Below, piece after piece: positions 44,094 through 53,677 of a stretch of 64,000 nucleotides of DNA; position 1 is the stretch's first letter, and every line of letters starts with the position of its first letter. The stretch is from positions 38,551 through 102,550 of the forward strand of contig JAFYGJ010000014.1 in assembly GCA_017543275.1 (NCBI GenBank), read 5' to 3'. A program made the position numbers and the translations under genes. Origin of the DNA: Lachnospiraceae bacterium (GTDB taxonomy: Bacteria; Bacillota; Clostridia; Lachnospirales; Lachnospiraceae). The notes beneath the pieces are model-generated. The model saw nothing but the letters and a program-made list of their open reading frames with translations. It made no database searches and was not told the origin of the DNA.

Positions 44094-45098
44094 ATGAACT
44101 GGCATAAAAACATGGGACCGCTGGATTTCAGCAAATTCTCGGATATTCTCCTGGAGGCACCGGACGGTGACATCCGGCCGCAAAGCGAGCCGTACTTCAA
44201 GGCAACGGAGCTTGCGGAGGGCGTATGGCAGGTGCTTTCGGACGGTGATCACAGCTATGTCCTCGAGGGAGATGATGAGCTTCTGGTTATTGATTCGGGG
44301 ATCGGTGCGGGCAGCATCCGGGACTTCTGTCAGTCCCTCTGTCCCGATAAGCCACTGTACCGGATGCTTCTCACGCACTACCACGGCGACCATATCCTGA
44401 ACTGCTATCAGTTTGACTGCGTCTACATGTCGGAGGATACCTACCGGCTGCGAGCGGAATTTGCGGAATTCCGGGACCTGAATGTTCCGGAGGATTATCC
44501 GGTTGTATTCCTGAAGGACGGCGATGTAATCAATTTAGCAGGCAGGCCGCTGGAAGTCATCGGTCTCTGGGAGCATGCGAAGGGATCGCTGCAGTTTTTG
44601 GACCGGAAATCCCGAATCTTGTTCTGCGGGGACGAGCTGAACGGAAACTACTTTGACAGCCAGATTTCCGTGGAGCACTCCTACCGGAACCTGGTGCGCT
44701 GGAATGCACTTCGGCCATATTACGACCGCCTGGCCGCCGGCAACGACATGCACGATGCGTCCTATATCGAACGCTATCTGGAGATTGCGGAGTATTTGCT
44801 GAACGGCCACGAGAACGAAGGATCGGCCCTGTATAAGCCGCATACGACGGACCGGATTGCCAGCATTTCGGAACTTCATGGAAAGCGTGTCTTTGCGCGC
44901 CGCGCCCCGAAATTTGTCGGCGTCGGCTTTGAGGAGAAGATGATCGAGGCAGGATACGGAGACCAGCTTCGGCTAAATGATGGCCATTTTGCCTTTGCAC
45001 ATATGCGGAAGCTGGGACCGGATGGCCCGTTTGACCGTGAAATCGTACGAAACGGTGCTCATTTCTGCTATTTCCTGAATAAAATCTGGGACAGGTGA
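44094..45098 (+). CDS. Metallo-beta-lactamase-fold hydrolase
   Basis: ATG 44094 follows AAAGGAGAAAG. HxHxDH motif LLTHYHGDHI. Confidence 0.8.
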   Translation: MNWHKNMGPLDFSKFSDILLEAPDGDIRPQSEPYFKATELAEGVWQVLSDGDHSYVLEGDDELLVIDSGIGAGSIRDFCQSLCPDKPLYRMLLTHYHGDHILNCYQFDCVYMSEDTYRLRAEFAEFRDLNVPEDYPVVFLKDGDVINLAGRPLEVIGLWEHAKGSLQFLDRKSRILFCGDELNGNYFDSQISVEHSYRNLVRWNALRPYYDRLAAGNDMHDASYIERYLEIAEYLLNGHENEGSALYKPHTTDRIASISELHGKRVFARRAPKFVGVGFEEKMIEAGYGDQLRLNDGHFAFAHMRKLGPDGPFDREIVRNGAHFCYFLNKIWDR

Positions 45099-45115
45099 AA
45101 ACCTGTCCCGTTTTG
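45088..45115. terminator. Terminator hairpin overlapping the MBL gene stop, between convergent genes
   Basis: GGGACAGGT (45088-45096), loop GAAA, then ACCTGTCCC (45101-45109) followed by GTTTT. On the opposite strand AGATTTT follows the hairpin. Confidence 0.6.
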
Positions 45116-45126
45116 TCGGTTGGCAT

Positions 45127-46134
45127 TTATACCGAATTTCTTCTCACGAGATTGACGCCGACGAGGAGTCGGATCGGGACGAAGTTTTTCGTGCTAAGCA
45201 GCGTTTTCAGACGCTGCACGGCCATTTCGCCCATGTATTTCTTGGGTACGTTGATGGTGGTTAAGGGAGGAGAGACGTAGTTGCTGATCGGCATGTTGTC
45301 GAAACCGACGATGGCAACGTCCTCCGGGATTTTGTATCCGGCCGCCTGAAAAGCGCGCATTGCGCCGACCGCGATCAGGTCGTTGTCCGCAAAATACCCT
45401 CTGGCCGGCGTGAACCCGTCTTCCTCGATCAGTTCTTTCATATCCGAGAAAGCGCCTTCCATGGAGGGCGTGAGCCGGTGCACGGGAGATTTTCCGGTCG
45501 ACATGCCGCTTTCGCGGATGGCTTTATAGAACCCGTCCGCCCGGTCCTCAAAATTGCTGATGCTGTAGGAGGAACGCAGATACCCGGGCTGCGCGTGCGT
45601 CTCCCGGATCAGATGGTTTGCAGCGAGATAAGCTCCTTCCACGTTGTCGATCTGGACGGCATCGCGCCGGAGATTCAGAAAGGAAGCATCTAAAAGCACA
45701 ACCGGAAAGGGCAGATCGGAAAAACCGCTGAAGTCATCCCGCTGCATTTCAGTCCCGAGCACGATCAGGCCGATACAGTCTCTGTAACGGAGGTTTTCGA
45801 TCTCTTTTTGTGTTTCCTCGCTGTCGTACAGATAGAGGGTGCGGAGCCTCAGGTTTTCAGTACGGCAGGCTTCTTCCACACCGGCTGAAAGCTCCGAGAA
45901 AAAGGGTGTATCAGCAACGATTGCACCGTGCTTCCGGAAGATCACAAAATAGACAGAGCCGTTGAGGTTGTGTTTCTGATTGACACGGGTAAAATCGTAG
46001 CCGTATTTTTCGGCTGCCGCGAGGATTTCCTTTTTCCGTTCCCGGCTGACCCCGGGTTTGTTGTTTAAGGCCATCGAAACGGCGGCCTCCGAGATGTTCA
46101 GTATTTTCGCGAGTTCTTTTGCGGTAACGGACAT
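45127..46134 (-). CDS. LacI-family transcriptional regulator
   Basis: N-terminal HTH VTAKELAKILNISEAAVSMALNN, then a periplasmic-binding-protein-like sugar-binding core. Confidence 0.9.
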   Translation of the reverse strand: MSVTAKELAKILNISEAAVSMALNNKPGVSRERKKEILAAAEKYGYDFTRVNQKHNLNGSVYFVIFRKHGAIVADTPFFSELSAGVEEACRTENLRLRTLYLYDSEETQKEIENLRYRDCIGLIVLGTEMQRDDFSGFSDLPFPVVLLDASFLNLRRDAVQIDNVEGAYLAANHLIRETHAQPGYLRSSYSISNFEDRADGFYKAIRESGMSTGKSPVHRLTPSMEGAFSDMKELIEEDGFTPARGYFADNDLIAVGAMRAFQAAGYKIPEDVAIVGFDNMPISNYVSPPLTTINVPKKYMGEMAVQRLKTLLSTKNFVPIRLLVGVNLVRRNSV

Positions 46135-46156
46135 GGCGGGCTCCTTTTTTGGCTGG

Positions 46157-46170
46157 TGTTTACGGAAACA
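46157..46170. promoter_or_regulatory. Candidate LacI-family operator (imperfect 14-bp palindrome)
   Basis: TGTTTACGGAAACA has 12 of 14 positions symmetric. It lies 23 nt upstream of the LacI start, in the divergent intergenic region. Confidence 0.3.
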
Positions 46171-46366
46171 GCGCTATTCTGAATTTCTGGTACCATTCAT
46201 ATCATATCTGAACCCGAAAATCAAGGTGTTTTATTGAGATTTAGTAGATAATTAAGTAAAAATAGCTGAATTTTCTGATGCTATTTATGTGAAGAACCGC
46301 TATAATAGCCTCAGAATCAAACAGCCCCGACAGGGGGGCAAATTATCATACACGGAGGTTTCGTAC

Positions 46367-47773
46367 ATGGCAGCAGTAAAGATCGGTTTTGCACCTACAA
46401 GACGCGCAATCTTCTCCGCCCCGGCGGCAGTGGAGTACGCAGGTTACACAAGAAACAAACTGAACGAACTTGGCATTGACTTTGTCGACATCGACGACAT
46501 CAACGAGGAAGGACTCCTCTATGACGACAACGATATCGATGCCATTGCAAAGAAATTCACCGATGCGGGCGTAAAGGGGCTCTTTCTTCCTCACTGCAAC
46601 TTCGGTACGGAGTATGTCTGTGCACGGCTTGCAAAGCGCCTCGGACTTCCGGTGCTTCTCTGGGGTCCCAGAGATGAGCGTCCGGACGAGCGGGGCATGC
46701 GGCTCCGGGATTCCCAGTGCGGCCTTTTCGCGACTGGAAAAGTTCTGAGAAGATTCCGTGTTCCCTTTACCTATCTCACAAACTGCAATCTGGACGATCC
46801 GGAATTTGCAATCGGCGTGAAGCAGTTTTTAGCAGTCTGCAACGTTGTGGATGTGATGCGCCATACCAGGATTCTCCAGATCGGACCGCGGCCCTTTGAT
46901 TTCTGGTCGACGATGTGCAACGAAGGCGAGCTTTTAGAGAAGTTCAATATCCAGCTTTCCCCGATTCCGCTTCCGGAGCTCTACGCAGAAATGAAGAAAG
47001 CAAAAGAGGAAGGCGCGGAAGTCGGCGAAGTTGTGAGCTACTGCAATGACAACATGTGCATCAAATGCAGCCCGGCGAACTTAGAGAATATCGCCGCACT
47101 GAAGGTTGCGATGTCACACCTTGTGAAAAAGTACGGCTGCAACGCGGTTGCGATCCAGTGCTGGAACGCGCTGCAGGACGGCATCGGCATCATGCCCTGC
47201 GCGGCGAATTCCCTCCTGAATGAAGAGGGCATCCCGGTCGTCTGCGAGACCGATATTCACGGCGCGATCTCCGCTGTCATGATGGAAGCGGCCGGAATGG
47301 ACGAGAACCGGACATTCTTTGCGGACTGGACAGTGCGGCATCCCGACAACGACAACGCTGAGCTTTTACAGCACTGCGGTCCGTGGCCGATTTCCGTGGC
47401 GCGTGAGAAACCGACGATTGACGTACCGGTTGCCTTTGACTACACCGGTTCTGTAATGGCGGAAGCGAAGCACGGCCCGATGACCCTGTGCCGTTTCGAC
47501 GGAGACGAGGGTGAGTATTCGCTGCTTCTTGGACACGCGAAGGGCGTCGACGGCCCCTACACCAAGGGCACCTATGTCTGGGTTGAAGTCGAGGACCTGC
47601 CGAAACTGGAGTACAAGGTCGTGACCGGCCCCTACATTCATCACTGTGTCGGCATCCATCAGGACGTTGTTCCGGTGCTCTATGAAGCCTGTAAATATCT
47701 GGGTATCAAAGCGGACCTTTATGACAGCACCAACGAAGAAGTTGAACGGCAGATTTACGCACCCGGAAAATAA
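46367..47773 (+). CDS. L-fucose/L-arabinose isomerase-family protein (FucI-like sugar isomerase)
   Basis: ATG 46367 follows ACGGAGG. KIGFAPTRRAIFS...LPHCNFGTE...LLWGPRDE...DSQCGLFATGKVLRR matches the pattern of this family as I remember it. Confidence 0.7.
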   Translation: MAAVKIGFAPTRRAIFSAPAAVEYAGYTRNKLNELGIDFVDIDDINEEGLLYDDNDIDAIAKKFTDAGVKGLFLPHCNFGTEYVCARLAKRLGLPVLLWGPRDERPDERGMRLRDSQCGLFATGKVLRRFRVPFTYLTNCNLDDPEFAIGVKQFLAVCNVVDVMRHTRILQIGPRPFDFWSTMCNEGELLEKFNIQLSPIPLPELYAEMKKAKEEGAEVGEVVSYCNDNMCIKCSPANLENIAALKVAMSHLVKKYGCNAVAIQCWNALQDGIGIMPCAANSLLNEEGIPVVCETDIHGAISAVMMEAAGMDENRTFFADWTVRHPDNDNAELLQHCGPWPISVAREKPTIDVPVAFDYTGSVMAEAKHGPMTLCRFDGDEGEYSLLLGHAKGVDGPYTKGTYVWVEVEDLPKLEYKVVTGPYIHHCVGIHQDVVPVLYEACKYLGIKADLYDSTNEEVERQIYAPGK

Positions 47774-47800
47774 GGACAGACAGATAAGGAGAATATTACG

Positions 47801-48643
47801 ATGAGCTGCAATCTCAGAAAAACAGCCTATGAACTTCGCGCCTACGCACTGGATCTGATCTACGGCGCGAAAACCGGACATATCGGCGGGGACTTCTCGG
47901 AAGCGGAAGTCATGACCGCACTTTATTTCAGCGAACTCAACGTGAGCCCGGAAAATCCGGAAGATCCCGGCCGTGATTATTTTATTCTCAGCAAGGGCCA
48001 TTCGATGGAACTTTACTACGCAGCACTTGCAAAGCGCGGCTTTTTGGATGCAGAAGATGTCATGAACCGCTACTCGCGCTTCGGATCCCCCTACATCGGA
48101 CATCCGAACAACAAGCTTCCGGGCATCGAAATGAATTCCGGGTCTCTCGGGCATGGACTTCCGGTTTCGGTCGGCATTGCAAAGGCGCTTCAGATGGATG
48201 AGAAGCCGAACCGGGTCTATGTCATGATGGGCGACGGCGAACTCGCGGAAGGCTCGGTTTGGGAAGGCGCGATGGCAGCTGCTCATTACAAGCTGGACAA
48301 TCTTCTTGCGATCGTCGACCGGAACCGCCTGCAGATCTCCGGATCGACAGAGGATGTCATGCATCACGATGACCTTGCGGCACGATTCTCGGCCTTTGGA
48401 TGGCATGTGATTATTGTCGACGGAAACGATATGGACGCAATCCTGGAGGCCTTCGGAAAAGCGAAGGAAATCAAAGGACAGCCGACCGTGATTATCGCGG
48501 AAACCACAAAGGGCAAAGGCGTTTCTTTCATGGAAAATAAAGCCGGCTGGCATCATAAAGTGCCCTCGGCGGAAGAGTATGAACAGGCAAAAAAGGAACT
48601 TTTGGAAAAGATTGCGGAACTTTCAGAGGAGGTGCAGGCATGA
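47801..48643 (+). CDS. Transketolase, N-terminal (TPP-binding) subunit
   Basis: GHIGGDFS...LSKGH...GSLGHGL...GDGELAEG motifs. The 280-aa length is that of the split form. Confidence 0.9.
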   Translation: MSCNLRKTAYELRAYALDLIYGAKTGHIGGDFSEAEVMTALYFSELNVSPENPEDPGRDYFILSKGHSMELYYAALAKRGFLDAEDVMNRYSRFGSPYIGHPNNKLPGIEMNSGSLGHGLPVSVGIAKALQMDEKPNRVYVMMGDGELAEGSVWEGAMAAAHYKLDNLLAIVDRNRLQISGSTEDVMHHDDLAARFSAFGWHVIIVDGNDMDAILEAFGKAKEIKGQPTVIIAETTKGKGVSFMENKAGWHHKVPSAEEYEQAKKELLEKIAELSEEVQA

Positions 48644-49572
48644 ATAAAATTCCCAACAGACAGGCCATCTGCGAAGTGCTGATGGAGCATGCGAAAGAAG
48701 ACCGGGACGTCCTTGTTCTCTGCAGCGATTCGAGAGGCTCCGCCTCCATGACGCCGTTCTTTGACAATTTCCCGGCACAGGCGATTGAGACCGGTATCGC
48801 GGAACAGAACCTCGTGAGCATTTCCGCCGGCCTTGCGAAAGCCGGAAAGAAGCCCTGGTGCGCATCGCCCGCCTGTTTCCTTTCGACCCGTTCCTATGAG
48901 CAGGCCAAGGTTGACGTAGCTTACAGCAACACCAATGTGAAGCTTCTCGGAATCTCCGGCGGCGTCAGCTACGGCGCTTTGGGCATGAGCCACCACAGCG
49001 CACAGGATTTCGCGGCGATGGCGGCGATCCCGAACATGCGCGTTTACTGCCCCTCGGACCGCAACCAGACGAAGACGCTCACGGAAGCGCTCCTTTCGGA
49101 CAGCAAACCCGCCTACATCCGCGTCGGCCGCAACCCGGTCGAGGATGTTTACGCGGAGGATGATGTACCGTTCGAAATGGATCGGGCAACCGTCGTCACG
49201 GAAGGCACGGATATCCTGATCGTCGCCTGCGGCGAGATGGTGCTCCCGGCAAAACAGGCCGCGGAAGCACTGAAGGATCTGGGCATCAGTGCCTGCGTCC
49301 TCGACATGTACTGCATTAAGCCGCTGGATACGAAAACGCTTCTTGAGAAAGCACAGAATGTAAAAGCGGTTATCACGATTGAAGAACATGCGCCGTTCGG
49401 CGGTATGGGTGCTTCCGTCGCACAGTGCCTCCTGCAGAATGCGCCGAAAAAAGCAAAACTGCTGGCCCTTCCGGATTCTCCGGTGATCACAGGTGTTTCG
49501 AAAGAAGTTTTTGACTACTACGGACTGAACTGTGAAGGCATCGTTAAAGCGGCGCAGGAGCTTCTTAGCTGA
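48640..49572 (+). CDS. Transketolase, C-terminal (pyrimidine-binding) subunit
   Basis: ATGA overlap with the N-terminal subunit gene. FPAQAIETGIAEQNLVSISAGLA is typical of this subunit. Confidence 0.9.
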   Translation: MNKIPNRQAICEVLMEHAKEDRDVLVLCSDSRGSASMTPFFDNFPAQAIETGIAEQNLVSISAGLAKAGKKPWCASPACFLSTRSYEQAKVDVAYSNTNVKLLGISGGVSYGALGMSHHSAQDFAAMAAIPNMRVYCPSDRNQTKTLTEALLSDSKPAYIRVGRNPVEDVYAEDDVPFEMDRATVVTEGTDILIVACGEMVLPAKQAAEALKDLGISACVLDMYCIKPLDTKTLLEKAQNVKAVITIEEHAPFGGMGASVAQCLLQNAPKKAKLLALPDSPVITGVSKEVFDYYGLNCEGIVKAAQELLS

Positions 49573-49599
49573 CTTCAATTACCCCAATCAGGAGCAATT

Positions 49600-51075
49600 A
49601 TGAATCAATATATCATTGGCATTGACCAGAGCACACAGGGAACCAAAGCGGTTCTCGTGGACCAGAGCGGGCGGATCCTTCTTCGGAAGGACCGTCCGCA
49701 TCGTCAGATTATCAGTGAACTTGGCTGGGTTTCACATGACCCGGAGGAGATTTATCAGAATACGCTTACAATTGTCAGGGAACTGATCGCGGAGACCGGG
49801 GTACAGGAAGAAGAGCTTTTCGGCATCGGTATTTCCAATCAGCGGGAAACGACGGTTGCATTCCATGAAGACGGAAAGCCGGTAACGGATGCAATTGTCT
49901 GGCAGTGCTCCCGGGCGAAAGATATTGTTGCAAAGATGGCGGAGGAGAATCCGGGCTTTGCGGAAACGGTAGAAGAAAAGACAGGCATTCCTTTCTCGCC
50001 CTTCTTCCCGGCCGCCAAAATCCGCTGGCTGATCGAGAACTGCCTTGCTGATGCGGGGGCTGTGGATCTGTCTTCTGTGCGTTTCGGAACGATGGACAGC
50101 TATCTTGTGTATCGTCTCACGGAAGGCCGGTCCTATAAAACCGATTATTCGAATGCAAGCCGCTATGAACTGATGAACATTCGGACCCTTCATTGGGATG
50201 AGGAGCTTCTTTCCTCTTTCGGGATTCCGAAAGCTTCCCTTCCGGAGATCTGCGACAGCAACGCCAGCTTCGGCGAGACCACTTTCGGCGGACTCCTGAA
50301 AAAGCCGCTCCCGATTCTTTCTGTGATGGGCGATTCCCATGCGGCGCTGTATGCGCAGGGCTGTCACAAAAAGGGGATGGTCAAAACAACCTACGGAACA
50401 GGCTCTTCTATCCTGATGAATATCGGGACGGAATTCAAAAGAAGCAGCTGCGGGCTTGCGACTTCCGTAGCTTATGCTGCGGACGGAGAAATCAATTACG
50501 GACTTGAGGGCAATATCAACTATACCGGCGCTGTGATCAGCTGGCTTCGGGACCAGATGCAGCTGATCACATCTCCCGCAGAGGTGGAACCCCTGGCCCG
50601 GCTTGCAAATCCGGATGATACTACCGTCCTTGTCCCGGCATTTACGGGCCTTTCAGCCCCGCACTGGGCGAACGACGCGAAAGCGACGATTACGGGCATG
50701 ACCCGTACAACCGGCCGGAATGAGCTCTGCAAAGCTGCACTCGAGAGTATTGCTTTCCAGATCACGGACATCCTTTCCGCGATGGAAACGGACTCGGGAC
50801 TTCAGATCGGAGAGATCCGGGTAGACGGCGGCCCGACAAGAAATGCGTATCTTATGCAGTTCCAGGCAGATCTTTCTGACTGCACGGTTTCCGTCCCGGA
50901 GATGGAGGAATTTTCCGCGCTTGGTGTGTCCTTCATGGCAGGCGAGAAGGCCGGCATCATGGACGGGTCCGTTTTCGAAAAATGCACAAGGAAGCTTTAC
51001 CGGCCGCAAATGACGGAGGGAAAGCGGCAGGAGAAAAAAGCCCTCTGGGCGGATGCAATCCGGCGGACTCTTTAA
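49600..51075 (+). CDS. FGGY-family carbohydrate kinase (glycerol kinase-like)
   Basis: IIGIDQSTQGTKAVL...GWVSHDPEEI...SNQRETTV...GDSHAALY...RVDGGPTRN are FGGY signatures. Confidence 0.85.
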   Translation: MNQYIIGIDQSTQGTKAVLVDQSGRILLRKDRPHRQIISELGWVSHDPEEIYQNTLTIVRELIAETGVQEEELFGIGISNQRETTVAFHEDGKPVTDAIVWQCSRAKDIVAKMAEENPGFAETVEEKTGIPFSPFFPAAKIRWLIENCLADAGAVDLSSVRFGTMDSYLVYRLTEGRSYKTDYSNASRYELMNIRTLHWDEELLSSFGIPKASLPEICDSNASFGETTFGGLLKKPLPILSVMGDSHAALYAQGCHKKGMVKTTYGTGSSILMNIGTEFKRSSCGLATSVAYAADGEINYGLEGNINYTGAVISWLRDQMQLITSPAEVEPLARLANPDDTTVLVPAFTGLSAPHWANDAKATITGMTRTTGRNELCKAALESIAFQITDILSAMETDSGLQIGEIRVDGGPTRNAYLMQFQADLSDCTVSVPEMEEFSALGVSFMAGEKAGIMDGSVFEKCTRKLYRPQMTEGKRQEKKALWADAIRRTL

Positions 51076-51098
51076 AGCCTCTGAAGGACCGATTTCCC

Positions 51099-51127
51099 TT
51101 GACGGATGCGGGGATTCGGGCTATACT
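51099..51127 (+). promoter_or_regulatory. Sigma-A-type promoter upstream of the FMN-dehydrogenase-like gene
   Basis: TTGACG (51099-51104), 17-nt spacer, TATACT (51122-51127). Confidence 0.5.
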
Positions 51128-51162
51128 CAAATCAGAAATCTTGGGAACTTCAGGAGGCAGCT

Positions 51163-52053
51163 ATGATTAAAAACAAAAACAGCAATTCGATGGACATCAC
51201 GAGAAAATACCTGGATTCTCTGGTGATTGAAGGCCGGATTCTCGGTTCGGTGCATCCTTCCGCAAAGTGTACCGTTCTCGGTATGGAATTTGACACACCC
51301 ATCATGGGCGCGGCGCTTTCGCACCTGAAGCCAGGGATGGCGGGCTATGCAGAAGGGCTGAAACTTGCGAATGCGTTCTGTTCGGTCGGTATGGGCGGCA
51401 ATGAAGACCTCGGAAAGGTACTTGCGACTGGTGCGAAGGTGATGAAGGTGATCAAACCTTATGCGGACCGGGAGAAAATCTTCTCCAGAATCCGTTTCTC
51501 GGAAGAGCACGGTGCAGTGGCGGTCGGTATTGACGTCGAGCACGCGACCAATTCCGAGGACGATGCAGATTCCCTCGTTGCAGGGCTTCAGATGAAGCAG
51601 CCGACGCTTTCGGAGCTTCGGGAGTATGTCACATCTACAAAGCTTCCCTTCTTCTTTAAGGGTGTGATGAGTGCGAAAGATGCGCTTACTGCAAAAGAAA
51701 TCGGTGCGGCAGGTGTAATCCTGAGCCACCACAACAACATTTTCCGCTGTGCGGCTCCGCATGTATTCCAGCTTCCCGAAATCCGTGAAGCAGTCGGACC
51801 GGATTTCATCCTGATCGTTGACGGCGGAATCGAAGACGGTTATGATGCATTTAAGGCACTTGCACGCGGCGCGGACCTGGTGTCTGTCGGCCGTCCCTTT
51901 ATGCCGCCCTATGAGGAAAAGGGACCGGAAGGCGTCGCGGAGGTCGTAAGAGAATTTACCGGGCAGCTTCGTGCGATGATGCTCCGGACCGGATCGAAGG
52001 ATCTGAAGTCGATCGAGCCTTCGGTTGTCAGGGAAGCATACTGGTTATCATGA
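51163..52053 (+). CDS. FMN-dependent alpha-hydroxy-acid dehydrogenase/oxidase-family protein (short form)
   Basis: ATG 51163 follows CAGGAGG. KGVMSAKDA...GVILSHHNN...IVDGGIEDGYDAFKALARGADLVSVGRPF is a TIM-barrel FMN_dh-like C-terminal pattern. Confidence 0.7.
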   Translation: MIKNKNSNSMDITRKYLDSLVIEGRILGSVHPSAKCTVLGMEFDTPIMGAALSHLKPGMAGYAEGLKLANAFCSVGMGGNEDLGKVLATGAKVMKVIKPYADREKIFSRIRFSEEHGAVAVGIDVEHATNSEDDADSLVAGLQMKQPTLSELREYVTSTKLPFFFKGVMSAKDALTAKEIGAAGVILSHHNNIFRCAAPHVFQLPEIREAVGPDFILIVDGGIEDGYDAFKALARGADLVSVGRPFMPPYEEKGPEGVAEVVREFTGQLRAMMLRTGSKDLKSIEPSVVREAYWLS

Positions 52054-52060
52054 AAGAAAA

Positions 52061-52115
52061 AGGGGCAGGTTTTCCGTCCGGAATCAGACGGGAAGCCTGC
52101 CCCTTCGGATTTTTA
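52061..52115 (+). terminator. Terminator-like hairpin (18-bp stem with G-U pairs)
   Basis: AGGGGCAGGTTTTCCGTC (52061-52078) pairs with GACGGGAAGCCTGCCCCT (52087-52104), followed by TCGGATTTTT. Confidence 0.6.
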
Positions 52116-52144
52116 CAGCCGGCCAGGGTCCGGCAGGAAGGAGT

Positions 52145-53677
52145 ATGAAAATGTTAAAGAAGGTATTGACTGAAAACGGCTGGGTCGAAGGACTTCCGGC
52201 TGCGGATCCGCGGATCATCGCATTCAAGGGTGTTCCCTTTGCGGCGCCGCCTGTGGGGGATCTTCGCTGGCGTGCCCCGCAGCCTGCAAAAGACTGGGAC
52301 GGCGTGCTGAAATGCTGGAAATTCGCGCCGATTTCGATGCAGCTCAAGCCCGGCCTCGATCCGACCGACATCTATGCCGGAGAGTGGAACGTGGATCCGG
52401 AAATCGAACAGTCCGAGGACTGCCTGTACCTGAATGTCTGGACGCCCGCAAAATCTGCGGATGACAAGCTCCCGGTTTTTGTCTGGTACTTCGGCGGCGG
52501 CCTGCAGGTCGGAAACACTGCGGAGATGGAATTTGACGGTGAGCGGATTGCGCGGCGCGGAATCGTTGTCGTAACCGTGAACTACCGGCTGAATGCATTC
52601 GGGTATCTTGCACATCCGGAAATCACGGCGGAAGACCCGGAATTCCCGACGAACTTTGGGTATTTGGATCAGCGCTTCGGTACGATGTGGGTCAAGCGGA
52701 ATATCGCAGCCTTCGGCGGTGATCCGGAGAATATCACAATCGGCGGCCAGTCCGCAGGCGGCGGCAGCACGATGGCGCAGGTTGCAAGCCCCTTAAACAA
52801 GGGCCTCTTCCAGAAAGCGATCGTCGACAGCGGCCTTGAGCTGATGCCATATGAGAGCGCGATGTTCGGCCATCTGAAGAGCCTTCAGGAGGCTGAGGAG
52901 ATCGGAAAACAGTTCTTTGAAATCCTCGGTGTGAAGACCCTCAAGGAAGCACGTGCGCTTCCGGCAGAATACATCCGCGACAAATTTGTCGAAAGCCGGA
53001 TCTGGCTTTCGCCCTGCTGTGACGGACACATGGTGACCGGCCTTTCGAACGAGCTTTTCATGAAGAATGAAGCGAACGTGGTCCCGGTGATGCTCGGCCA
53101 CACCTCGACCGAATTCCCCTCTGCGCCGGCTGTGAAAACAGTGGAGGAGTTCGTGGAATACGCGAAGTCACATTACGGCGAGGACGCGGATGAGTATCTT
53201 CGGATCTGCAATTCGCCGAACGGCTCCATCAAGGAAATGCTTTATAAGGCTACGGTCCAGCACATTGAATACTCTGCACGCCGCATCGGGCACGCGAAGA
53301 CCGTGACCGGCGATCCGAACCCGGTTTACTACTGGGTATTCGATCCGGAGATCCCGGGCTGGGACAATCCCGGGACTTTCCACTCCTGCGACCTGTGGTT
53401 CTTCTTTGAGACGCTTGCGAAGTGCTGGCGGCCCTTTGTCGGCAAGCATTACGATCTTGCACGGCAGATGTGCAACTACTGGGCGAATTTCATCAAGACC
53501 GGCGACCCGAACGGCAAAGATGCGGACGGCTCGGATATGCCGTACTGGAAGCCCTATACCGACGCGGAACCCTGCCGCATGTGGTTCGGCGACACAGCCT
53601 ACACCGAGGAGAAAGGCCCGTCGGATCTGGTAGCCTTTTTGATGAAACAGGCGGAAAAAGAAAGGAGGACGGTATGA
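52145..53677 (+). CDS. Type-B carboxylesterase family protein
   Basis: ATG 52145. FKGVPFAAPPVGDLRWRAP, EDCLYLNVW and the nucleophile elbow GGQSAGG. Confidence 0.85.
   Translation: MKMLKKVLTENGWVEGLPAADPRIIAFKGVPFAAPPVGDLRWRAPQPAKDWDGVLKCWKFAPISMQLKPGLDPTDIYAGEWNVDPEIEQSEDCLYLNVWTPAKSADDKLPVFVWYFGGGLQVGNTAEMEFDGERIARRGIVVVTVNYRLNAFGYLAHPEITAEDPEFPTNFGYLDQRFGTMWVKRNIAAFGGDPENITIGGQSAGGGSTMAQVASPLNKGLFQKAIVDSGLELMPYESAMFGHLKSLQEAEEIGKQFFEILGVKTLKEARALPAEYIRDKFVESRIWLSPCCDGHMVTGLSNELFMKNEANVVPVMLGHTSTEFPSAPAVKTVEEFVEYAKSHYGEDADEYLRICNSPNGSIKEMLYKATVQHIEYSARRIGHAKTVTGDPNPVYYWVFDPEIPGWDNPGTFHSCDLWFFFETLAKCWRPFVGKHYDLARQMCNYWANFIKTGDPNGKDADGSDMPYWKPYTDAEPCRMWFGDTAYTEEKGPSDLVAFLMKQAEKERRTV

Noticed and set aside
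47366-49578. Two long minus-strand ORFs of 396 aa and 341 aa.
   Set aside because: They are antisense to the FucI-like isomerase and both transketolase subunits, all of which carry unambiguous family motifs on the + strand.
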